A DNA stretch of 64,000 bases from Eutreptiella sp. 'Long Island Sound 2002'. Lineage: Eukaryota; Protista; Euglenida. The position numbers were made by a program, and so were the translations under genes. Every line of letters starts with the position of its first letter. Position 1 is the stretch's first letter. The stretch covers positions 49,662,001-49,726,000 of the forward strand of contig OZ038379.1 of NCBI GenBank assembly GCA_964036045.1, given 5' to 3'. Shown here one piece after another: positions 12,701-24,700 of this stretch. Below the pieces are notes generated by a model. The model searched no databases. It was not told the origin of the DNA and worked only from the letters and a program-made list of their open reading frames with translations.

Positions 12701-15700
12701 TCAGCCACTGAAAAAACCCAAACTGGTGTTTCTGTCTGCGTGTCTGCTGGCCTGCTTGCCCGATTGACTGCCTGACTGATTGCTTGCTTGACTAACTACC
12801 TGATTGGCTGATTGTCAGCCTCTCTTCGAGGTGCGCTGCCAAAGGCAATAGAATTTGGAAGCCCTAATCAAGACTGAATATTGGGACCGAGCTGGTGGGG
12901 GAGGCAACATCGGCTATGACTGGTGAGGGACATCAAGAATGATTCACACATTCATGGCTCTTGACAAAGTGAAATCAGCTTGCAAGTGAACCCCATCACC
13001 ACGAGGCCCACTTTCAAGGCTTTTTGGACTTCTGAGGGGCCAAAATACCCCAAAATGGGCTCAAAATGGGCTCAAAATGGGCTCATTTCACCCGTTGGTG
13101 CACCCCAAATGGTTCAGGATGAGGTTTGGAAAAATGCGTTTTTGACCCATTTTTGACCCATTTTTGGTCCCAAAACAGCCCATTTTCAAGGCATTTTGGG
13201 ATTTTGGGAGGACCAAAATGGGCCACCACAAGCTCAAAACGGTCCAAAAACACTTGTTTTAGCGTTGCACATGGTCTAGGATCATTTTTGAGAAAAGTCA
13301 TCTTTTTGCCCCTACTGGACCCTGTTGACCCATTTGGGCACCCACCTGTTTGGGCTTGAGCTTGCAGCTTGCCGCAGCCTAGTGGGCCTAGGTATTGGGG
13401 TCTAGGCGTCCGTTTGGGCAATTCTGAGGGGTGGAAACCACAAAAAGTGGGGGGTTGCGGGTGGAGTAGGTGCCCTCAGAATTGCATTTTGAGCCATGTA
13501 GCCAAAGATATGGCCTATTCTTGGTTTGTGGCTGTCGGCATTTGGAGCTTCTGGGGGCCTTTATGGGCCCTTTGCGGGACATATCATGGAGTTAGAGGGC
13601 CGCAAAGAGCTCGTTGACACGGGAAGTCAAGCCGCACGTGGAGTGCACCCACCGTTTCCCTTCGTTTGGCCGTTTTGAATGTGTTCCAGGGCTTTTTTGG
13701 GCCCAGAAATGGCTGTTTTTGGCCCTAAACTGCAGTTTTTGAAACTGAGGTCCGCCACTTGCGAATCCCGTTCCCGGCCGCCACCGTTGAGTTTCTTGCT
13801 CAAACTTTGTGTGATTGTACTTCACACCCATAGGTATCATGCACCAAAATTTCAACCAAATGCAAAGCACCACGACGGAGTTCTGATTTTTAGCCATTTC
13901 GCGCGTGCTGCTGCTTGCTGCTTGCTGCTTGCTGCTTGCTGCTGCTGCTGCTGCCGCTAAACCTGGTAGGTCCACCCTAGACACTAAAAAGGTTTATAAA
14001 ACCAAGACTCGTTCCACCAGCCTGGTGACCCTAACCTAACCCTCACCTCGTACCCAATATTTCCTTCAATATTAAGGATGAGATGTGCCAAAATGTGTGC
14101 ACAAGGCATGGGTTGCAGGAGGGGTGGGTTTTCTGTGCGCTGCATGCAGTGTGAATGTGCAACATAGAGATGAGACGCGGTGTCAACTGACACTGTGTTC
14201 TCTGCAGGTCCTCATGACTGCCGACGTTCCCAGCAGAAGGAGAGTCATGTGCAGATGGACAGTGGTGCATGTCCAGTGGGGCCATCAGCAACCATCCAGA
14301 GGCAACCAGGAAATATCAGCAACCATCTAGAGCCCATCAAGACAAAACAGTGACCATCCAGCACCAACCAGGAAATAACAGCAACCATCCACTGGCAAGC
14401 AAAGCAAGGGGCCTTATACCAAATTTTCCCTTTATTTCTAAGGACCAGTTCCAAATTCTTCCCCTCCAGATTTTAGCCCTCCCAAAAAAAACCTCCTCAA
14501 ATGAATCCCCCCGCGGTATTTTGCCACGGATACCGACACCTTCCAGTGGTACCGACCCTATGGGCCAGGTCCTGCGGGGTCATCAGACAATCAGCTGGCA
14601 GGGGTGTGTGGATGTCACACTGATCCACACAATGTGTGTGTGTGCACGCCACCGTGCACGCTTTTTGGGGGGGCACACACCCGCTCAAACTCCACTCAAA
14701 CTCACACTCAGACCCGCAAGTCCACTCGCACTCACTCACTGACACATTCTTTGACTTACCTTCTCAAGACCCGAACCCTACCACAACCACAACCACACAC
14801 CCTGAACCCTACCCCCATCGCCCGAACCAGGACTGAGTGTTGGGACTGTCGGACATGTCTAGCCTTACTGAAAAATTGGGCTTGTAGTCGTCCCTTGTGC
14901 ATGTCCCGGCCTGAACCCCCCCCCTTTCCACATCCCGCATCTCCACACACAAGGATGTGTGAGGGCAGACGGTCACTTTGGGCCGTCTTTTGATATAAAT
15001 GACAACCTGAGGCTACTAGCACGGGTTTGGTGGTTAGCTGACAGCAGTTGTGGGCTTACAGAAGGGATCAACACAAAGCCTTCTTGTCTCTTTGGGGTGT
15101 CCATGAAGAATGACCCCTAATGCAATGAAATTGCATCAGATCAAGAGACTCATCATCGGAGGTCCACAGGCACCTGCCTTTCTGCAGCAAATGGCAAAGC
15201 ACGTTGTGGTTGCTCCGGTGAACTTGTCCTGCAATCATCCCCATTACTCACTGAGCTATGTGCTTTTGAAGTCTCCCATGGCCAGGGTGGACAAACCCCC
15301 TGAAACAACTGTGGATGTTTTTTGCCTGCAACAGCCAGTTGGAGGGCAAACACAGCCACACTAGGCCACCTCAAGCTTGAGGAACCTGAGATCCTGCCCC
15401 GCACTTACTGCTTGAAGCATGCCGCAGCATGCCGAAGCACTCTGCAACATGCCCAAGTGGCCCACATTTTCAGGGGCGACCCCTGCGAAAGCAACACTAG
15501 GTGTTGTTGCTGCAATTTTTGGAACCATGTCCTACTTCGCCATTTGCAAATGACCCCCTTGTCAGAGCAACAGTAGGTGTTGTTTCCGTCAAAATTTGGG
15601 ACTTGAGTGTTGCTCCCGCAAGGGGCGGGGGAGGGTAGGTGCTTGGGCACCGCCAGCCACATGGACCCAATCATCTCCACAGACGTAGCCCTTGCAGAGC

Positions 15701-18700
15701 CTGAGCCAAATACAAATCCCTAATGAAGCCAGTAATGAAAACTGCACCCTGCACTTTTTCCACTGGCTCATGGGTGGGTCTGGGTGTGTGAGTGTGGGTG
15801 TGGGTGTGAGTGCGAGTGTGGGCGCATGTGAGGTAGTGTCACACTATTCCTCTTCGTTGTGACTCTTTCTTGACCACATGACCTGCAGTTGGTGGTTGAT
15901 TTGTTGGGTTACCCCCCCCCTCTTCCCATCCACGACATTTCTTCAGCATAAGATCGTTGGACGGTACGGCGTATTCGGCACAACTTCTCAAAGGTTTCCT
16001 GTGAGCAAACAGGACGATTTGGGTATGGCTCCGTGTGCCTGTGTCTCCCAAGCACCAACGGTCCCCAAGAAAATTTTGGCTCGCTGCGGCATGCTGCGGC
16101 ATGCTTCAAGCTGTTGGTCAAGGGTACCATCATTTTCCGAAAGCGGCACAGGTTTCAAAAACCAGACCAAAACACAGTGAATCACATGCCCTAACCCCTT
16201 GCAAATGTCAACACTGCTGAATCAACTCATAACTGGGCGTGTTTCTACTGCTCCTCCTCAGATTTTCGTTTCTTGTCCATTTTATTGACATACATGATTG
16301 CCAAATGGCGCAACGTCTCATTGCTCATATTGAGATGGTCATGTGTCAGGATGTGTCCCAACAAACTGAAAGCCCTCTCCACATGACATGCGGAGCGAGG
16401 CCTGCGGACAAAAAAAACAGCAATGGAGGACAGAATAGGGAACTCCGCAGCCTTTCACCTCCCACCAAGCAACTCTTGCAGAAGTTGTTTCTGGCAGGGG
16501 AGATGGTGCTGGCAAAACAATATATCGCTCCCACTCAGTGCGAGGAATCTCAGGGATCTCCTGGCTCACTTCACTGTGGGACAGCATGGCAGGTGTTTGC
16601 AAAGCATCAGGGTTAAAACAATCAATGGCTTTTTGTGCTTTTGCCTGGCTCTTGATTGTTTTTTTGTACAAATTGTCAATTTTGTTGCACATCACCTGTG
16701 ACGCTTCCTGTAGTTGTGCAGCAACAGTGCGTGCCTGTGCAGCGGACAAAAGAGTCCAAAAGGCGTTGCACAGGGCGATCGAACTTACCACCAGCTGCAG
16801 CCCCAAGATTTTTTTTATGTCATCCAAACATTTCAAAGGGTTTGCTGGCCCCCCTGTTTGCTTTTGGAAACTAGCAATAAGATCATATATGGGTTGCATA
16901 TAGTGGGCCACGAAGGCCAACTGTGTTTTTATAACTTTTATATTGTTCAAAGCAAGCAATTTCCCAACAGTTTCCGGGGCATCGTCCAGAGCCTTCACCA
17001 TGTCCAGCAGAAACTGCTTGAAAGGGACAAAATGACCTTTCCAATACAGGTATACCAGATATAGTGCTGCCCAGTGCACGTCAGTGGAACACAAAACACT
17101 CTTAACGGGCATGGGCTTTTCCCTCTCATGGCGCTCTTTGGCATCCCCTGTCCACTGTTCGTGGACCTTGTTCCACTGTTCCATTGCTGCATTCTGAAAT
17201 TTATACCACTTCGTACACCAATATGGCGATCGTGCAAACAAAAGATGGCCCCTTTTGTAGATAACCAAACAGCACAGAGATTGCAATTTAGTTTCCCATT
17301 TTGTGACTCACCTTGGCTGTCAGTCAGGCTGAGGTGGTCCCCAATACCTTCCCCAATGGCCCACTGCAAACAATCTGCTGTACTCCTGGTTGTCTCCTTG
17401 TTCCGTGTGGATTTCTGAGACTCCTGCAACTCCTGTGATGCCTCGGTAGTTTGAGTATCCTCATGACTTGACATGTCAAAACAACACCAAAAAAGCGAAA
17501 ATCTGTGCAACAATAGAGAAGAACTGACAGGGAAAAATTTGCCATTTCCGGGAATGGAACCCAGGACCCCTCAAACTGGGGCCTGGTACATAGACCACTG
17601 AGCTACCATCCAATTCTGAGACATCTGTGCAACAAAGGGTTCACAGGTTTGACATGTTAAAAAAAAAAGTCCGCCATGTGACAATTTTGGCTCGCTGCGG
17701 CATGCTGCGGCACGCTGTGGCATGCTGTGGCATGCTTCAAAGCCCCCACCAACATCTCCCAGAATCTGGCGCTGCGGCATGCAGCGGCATGCTGCAGCAT
17801 GCTGCTGCCGTTGGTGCTTGGCTTCTGTACCCTTGTCAGTGCACATGGCCCTGTGCCTCTGTGCCTGTGATCCTGAGCCTTCTCATACATCAGCCCATTG
17901 CCCTCTGAGGCCTCAGGCAGGTTCTTACCCGCGAACCCCCTAACTACCCCTTCGCATTAGCATCCAGGACCTTAATAGGCAGATGCCCGCTGATGCATGT
18001 GTCCACCCCACACCTGCTCAGGGTTTGTAAGGGTACATACCTGTAAGCCGTGCCTGCACAGACGTGCCCTCATGCATCTGGCCACACCTGTACTCCCTTT
18101 TTGCACACCCACACCACACAGGCAACCCCTGATACATCTCTCCACATGTGTGGCCATGGTGGCCTCGCTCATACCATCGCATCTCCGTGCACATCATGCG
18201 CCTGCCCACGTCCATTTTACAGGGCCTGGGGCTTATGAGGATAAGCTGAAGATGGACAACGTCGGCCCCCGCAAAAAGGACCCGAGGAGCCACATCTTCG
18301 CGTCGAAAACGAAACGGAGCGGTCCCGGCGCTGCTAAGGACACTGGTGCTGACGCGTCCGCCCCGGCAGTGGGCTCCTACACGTTACCTCCGCCAGACTG
18401 GGTCAAGAAGTCTGGCTCGTGCGCGGATAGTCTTATGAACACTGCACCACGCTTCAAGGTCTGGTATTGTACGATGCTGTAAAAGGGCTGCTCTACCCAA
18501 CAAAAACTGGTTATCAGCAGTAGACTGAGGCAGTGACCCATCAGAGGATGGCTTTTCTGGCATAAAGACTCCTGGGTATCACATCACTAGTGCCTCTGCA
18601 CTTGGGGCCCTAAGAGACTGTTTGCATCAGATGAATTGCATCTGTTGCTGGTGCACTGCTGAAGGGCTTTTGGGGGGCAGAGAACAAGTGTTTTAGGGGC

Positions 18701-21700
18701 CAATGGGCGCCGCACAGTGGCCCAATTGGTTCGCATGGATTTGCGCGTGCCTGTAGCCAAAGGCTCCCCGTCATGGAAAAAGCTGCAAACCCCCCCTTTT
18801 GGCGCCTGTTCACATGCTGTTGTCCCAAAAGATTCATTTCTGGGTCCCTTGCACATTTCTGTTTTAGCCAACTTTGGTTGGGGACACCCCAAAACCCCAA
18901 ACTCAAAACCCATTTTTATGGTAGGGTGGGGGGACAAAACTTAGTTAGATTATAGCGGCAACCATCTGTTTATCCAAAAGCAGGTCCAGGAGAACTTTTT
19001 TCTTCTGCATGGACTTCCTAACCAATTTCAGTGTCCTGAGTCCTCTATGTCTGAACACCCCCGATTGCCCCAATGGGCCATCTCAGAATTTTACTGCTTT
19101 TAGGCACAGTCAGGTTGGCTGAAAAATTGTGATGTTTTGAGGGGGAGATTTTGGGGTAGCCCATCTAATGATGGAATTGTCTTATGAAAAGTAAGTAAGA
19201 TAAAGCGGCACACGGATTTATCTTATGGTCCTCCGGAAGTTTCTTGGCCCCGGTAGGGGCGCCACGAAAATTCCGGAGGACCATAAGATGAATCCGAGGA
19301 GCCGATTTATCTTACTGACTTTTCACAATACAATTTCTGTGCTCGATGTATTTTATGTGGCCGACTTCATAAAGGAAACATTTTTCATCACATGCGTCCT
19401 ATCTTATGACAATGACCCGTTACTATATTTACTCTGCCCACAAGGAAGTGGCATGTGTCAAAATAGAAAATGTCCTACCAGCAGTGAGTTTTCAAACAAT
19501 TTGCCCTGCATTCACGAAAACCCCATAAAACACTACATATTTGCCCTGCTTGCAACCAATGGATTTATCTTATGAAAATGATCCATTACCATATTTGCCT
19601 CAATCTATCTTATGAAAATGATGCATTTCCATATTTGTATTGCTCACAAGGAAGTGGTATGTTTCAAAATAGAAAATACCTTACCAGCAATGTGTTTTCA
19701 ATTACCAATTTGCCCTGCATTCAACAAAACCCCATGGCACGCTACGTTTTTGCCCTGTTTGCAACCAATGAAATGGACACCCAGCAACAGATTCATGGCA
19801 CGAAACATAGCACCAACACAAGTCAATGTCGTGCTTCTTTGCAACTGCACAGTGTCCACAAACTGCACATGGTAGCACCAATTGCCACTGACGAAGGCTG
19901 AAATAAAGTAGTGACGTTGTGGTGTGCACCGCTGCCTCTAGGCAGTTGCAATAAGATATCATTGTAAAAGACACATGAGCAGCATGCATTGCTGACAAAT
20001 GCTGGGTGTCCAAGGCTCCGCAAACAACAAGCTATGCTGCACAGCTCAATTCAAATACTAATTTTCACACAGCTCCACAATGTGGAACTGGAGTCAAGGA
20101 AGTTACACTCTACACACAGGACGTTGCCGTTTCTTCCCTTTGATAAGCCTCCTTCTCTGTGGCCGCTTGCTTGGCGCTGGCTTGACTTGTGTGAGGCATC
20201 ACTATCGTCAGACAAAACATACATTTTTTGTTGTTGAATGACTTCCTCTCTCTTCATAGCACTCAATTTCCCAAGCTGATGCCCCAAATGCACCACTAGA
20301 TTGTTTTGCGCCTGCTGCGTGCACAATGCATTATATTCCGGGTTAGCGCTTCTGATCTCCCATGACGATTTGTTGTGTGACGAATCACCATTCCTCTTTC
20401 CTAAGTCAGCCTCCATGTTCTGAGGTATTTTCTGCATGGGTGATGTGTCATGCACTACAAAGCATCGTCGTTTTGCCTTCGGTTTCGCCCGAGTCATCTT
20501 TGCGATGTCCAGGCTGTTGAACAACTTGACCCGGTTCCCTTTACACGTAACGGCAACGGGCACACTAGGGCTTGCTGCCAATGTTGCTTGTTGCTGAATG
20601 TTGACGCAACTGCTTGCAACGGGTCACACGTCAAACTGAATGCATGAGATGTTGTCAATGACACCGCCTTTGCATGTGCTGCACTCACCTTAGGCGGTCT
20701 AACCGATGCACCCCTTCGGAGACCAAAATTGGCCATTTTGGCCTATTTCGCCGCGCGTGGATTGTGTATGTGAGTTTTGCATTCTTTTTTCGTCTCTTTG
20801 TCGTACCAGGACAAAACACTATGTGCGCCATTCGATTTCGTGGTCTCCTGGTGACGTTGGGGAACAAGTCCTCAATGGTATGTTTATTTCACAACTTCGT
20901 TGAAGCTGACCGAATATTTGGTTAGCATTAGCATAATTGCTAAATTCATACATTGAATTACACACCGGAGGCCAAAAGCTGACCGAATATTCGGTCAAAT
21001 TTGCAATTTCTGCTTTTTGTGCTTGATTTTCAGTAGGATGAAGTTCTAAGTTGTTAACACCTGGTTGTTGCGGTGTTGCACTCACCGCTGTTGTCGTTGT
21101 ACTGACCTTCATGACTGAGTTTTTGATTGTAAGTGAAGTTGACTCAATTTTCAGTCAGACTCCGGATGTGATGCAACTTTTGATTTGTTCCGAGCCCATG
21201 ATGTTGCCTGTTGTGTGTGCTGATGTACCGTGTGATCTGTGTTTGTGAGCATAGGGTTGTTGGTTGAATTTGTTGTGTTGAAATGTGTTTGATTTATTGC
21301 TGCACTTCAGATTGTCATGATTGCCTTTCTTTAGGCCTACAAGGCTGGATTACCGAATTCAACATGCTGCAGACATTCTTGAGTGGCCCCAAGCTGCCCT
21401 CTGCTGCTGCACTGTTGAGGGCAGTTGTGCAGTCTAAAGGGGAAGCACGGTTGTTTGTTTTGTGCTGCTCAAACTTGAAGCGAAGCACACGTAGGACATG
21501 GGCTTCTATTGAAAGGGCCTTTCACTTCACAAAAAAGCCCCGCTGGCTGCTCATCGTGCAGAAGGAGGTATTTGCCACATGTTGTGCAATGAGGCAACTT
21601 TGCGTTCCATATTTGGCAGAAGATGTTGCTTTGAGGACTATTGGTTACTTTTCCAAGCGCAAGTGCCTAGCACTATTTCATCATGGTTTGTGCAAAGGAA

Positions 21701-24700
21701 CAGTAGACACCATTCAGGAGCGTGCTGCCACATTTGCCAAAGCACTGTGGCTGTCCATTGCCAACGTGCAGATGATTGTGTGGCTAGAGAATTTCAATGA
21801 GCCGCGTTTCGGCCCTAATAGTTGTAAACTTGATAAGAGTTTGGATGCAACTGTGCTGGCAATCCTACACACTATTGAGCTTCCGCTTTTTGAGGGGTAG
21901 CCCAGCTTGCTCAATTTGGGTGACAATGTCGAAGGTGTGGCGGCTGGTCTAGTTGCGCAATCGGATGCTTTGATGCGAGGCTGTGAACAAGTATGCGATC
22001 AGGTGCAAAGCATTTTTATGTGAGTGGCATTGGACATTGCTCAGAAGGATGTGCGGAGTCTATTTCGGCGGCCCTTCATGATATTTTCGTTACGTGTGGG
22101 GCAGCATCTAGAGTTGTTGAAGCTGATCAAAAGGCTGAAGCTGATCAAAATGCTAGAGGTTGTGCAAATTGAGACACGTTGTTGCCTGCCGCTGCTTATA
22201 GACATGAAGGTGCACCAGCATTTGAGCAAGATGATGCTTGGACAATCCTACAAGCAATGGGATGTGGAACAACTATTGCTTTCACACTCCCTCGTGTATG
22301 GGGTATGGCATCCCTACAAGTATGTAGTGACCACTGTTCCAGCCACTATTCAAATTGGTCTAACGGGTTCGCACACGGGTTTCAAGGTCAGCAACTACGT
22401 TTATATGTAACCTGCATTGCTTCAGATGCAGAAGAGTGTTTTGGGGCTCGTGCCGGCAGCGAATGACATACGGGGGAGGCTGAACCAACGGTTGCAACAC
22501 TTGGAGGGGCTGGGGGGGGCTTGAGACAAGCGCGCCCGAGTATTGTTGCAAGGATTGAAGACCCTCATTTTTTCGTATGCCCTGGTATTGTTGGAGATTG
22601 GCACACTTGTGCGGGATTGCAATTCGGATGGCCGGAGAGACCTTTCACGGGTGAAGGCACAACAATGCTTGCACTTTTGCTTAGGCCTCTTCCTTGATGC
22701 CTTGGGGAACAATGCCAGGACAAACAAGTATGTCCGTACGGCATCCCTAGCACTTTTAATGTCTGATCCATGGCGTTAGTGTACATGTGCAGCCATACAC
22801 ACCGAAGAATATGGTGAAACCATGCTAAGCAGGCTAGATGGACAATGTAAGAATGTTTCCTCCGTCACTGACCTTGAGGGTACTTGCAACTGTTACCTGG
22901 AAATGCCCCCAATTTTGGGTGGTCATAAAGTGCCGAGGGGAGTTCTGACTCAACTCGATCCAGTTCATCAAAACGGCGTCGGATGACAACCTCCCCCTCT
23001 CTTTCTGGAAGGGTGGCAAGGCAAAAATAGTAGAGGCGGTCATGGCCCAAAGTCTGTATGTTGATGACTTGCCGTTTCCGTCTTCCTTTGGTGTTTTTGG
23101 GGTCACTGCCCAAAGTCCAAGACACGTAGTGCACACAGTTTTGGCACACACAGTAGTGCTAGTGGTTGTCCCTTAGTGGTTGGGCCAGAATGTACCCATA
23201 CGTGGTGCCGCACAAATGGCACAGGCAGATACGGAGATAGAAACTTTCTTCAACCGCTTAGGCGTCACAGCTTGCCCGCCCCCTAGGACCCCGTATATGC
23301 ACGATGTGAGAATATTGTACACGTCTATTTTGAGTATGCTATTTGACATATGTGACCAATGTTGTTACCAGCGCTGTGTGACACGCATTGAAATCGGTGT
23401 TGATGTGATAGGCTTATGTATCCACTTCTTCTAGTGTGTTGTATTTGACGTTTTTCTGAAGCTGGACGAAATTGAGGCCAGCTTTTGGGTAACACTGCAA
23501 ATAGCCATGTGTATATGTAGTTTTTGACCCTTCTGGCCGAAATTTCGGCCAGCTTTTTGGTTTCTTAGGGAATAGGTATAGGTATTGTCATTTTTCTTCG
23601 GGCTGGCCAAAATTTCGGCCAGGTTTCCAGTCTATTCACTATTCAAGCACTCATATTCTGGTTTTTTGTCGGTCTGGCCAAAATTTCGGCTAGCTATTCC
23701 TATTTTTGCACATATAAGCAATTGTTTCCCCTAGGAACACACCTGGCCGAAATGTCAGCCAGCTTGCAATGGTCATTGTTCATGACTTTTACACCTTACA
23801 CTCCTACATAGCTGCTTTCTTGTCACAGCCATGGGGGGCGCGACTCCGCAGGTCCTGGGACGCCAACTACCCCTCCCCCCCCCCCCCCCCCCTAGGGGCC
23901 TTTGGCCAACAGCTAGTTGCCCAAGGTGTCGCCCCCAGGCGTCCATGGGCGCCTAAGGCGCCCGATGCTACATGAACACCAAAGGTGTCCTAAGGAAAGT
24001 TTTGTCCAATTTGCACCCCAACACTATCCTTGAACCCAACCTTGACTCTAACACCCGCCCCCAACCCTCAGCCTACTCCTATCCCTACACCTAACCCTAA
24101 CCCTAACCCTAGCCCTAACCCTAGCCCTAGCACCCACCCTAGGCTAGGGTCAGAGTGAGTGTTGTGGTCCAAAATGGAGAGCAATGATGTGACAAAAGCA
24201 GCCATGAACGAAATTGGGGGGATCTTGTTCAGCCCAATCAACATGGCTGGCATGGCCAAACCAATTGGCTTCAAAGGTTAGGGTTAGGTTTATGGTGATG
24301 GTATGGTTGGAGGGAGGGCAAGGGGAGGTAAGGGGATCCCTACCTGGACCCCCCCCCCCCCACCACCACCACCCTGGATTGCCCCACTTGGACCCCCCCC
24401 CCCCCCAACCGACCCTTCCGGAGCCCCCCGCAGCCCCTCCTATACCCCCCCCCCATTCGCCCTCCCTGAACCCCCCCCCCTCAAATGCCCCATGGTCACA
24501 ACATTAATGTCTTCTGCTATTACTATTAATTGATACATGCTTCGGTTACTGGTGCTTTTGCTGCTACAGCCAAAGGGCTATTGCGAAATGCATTACGTGG
24601 TGGGAATGTGCAAAAGTTTTTGCAATTGTGCCTCATGTTGTGGAAGAATCGCAGGAGCCGGCATTCTATGGCACAGTTGAAGGCTGCGGCCACCGAGAAG

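Noticed and set aside
17540-17612. Functional tRNA genes (also 25696-25769, 56933-57003, 59233-59303)
   Set aside because: Acceptor and anticodon stems do not pair, so these are called tRNA-derived only.
23462-23762. True CRISPR array
   Set aside because: The context is eukaryotic, no cas-like ORF is present, repeats are only 20 bp, and the same motif occurs singly in introns. Kept as a repeat and a finding instead.
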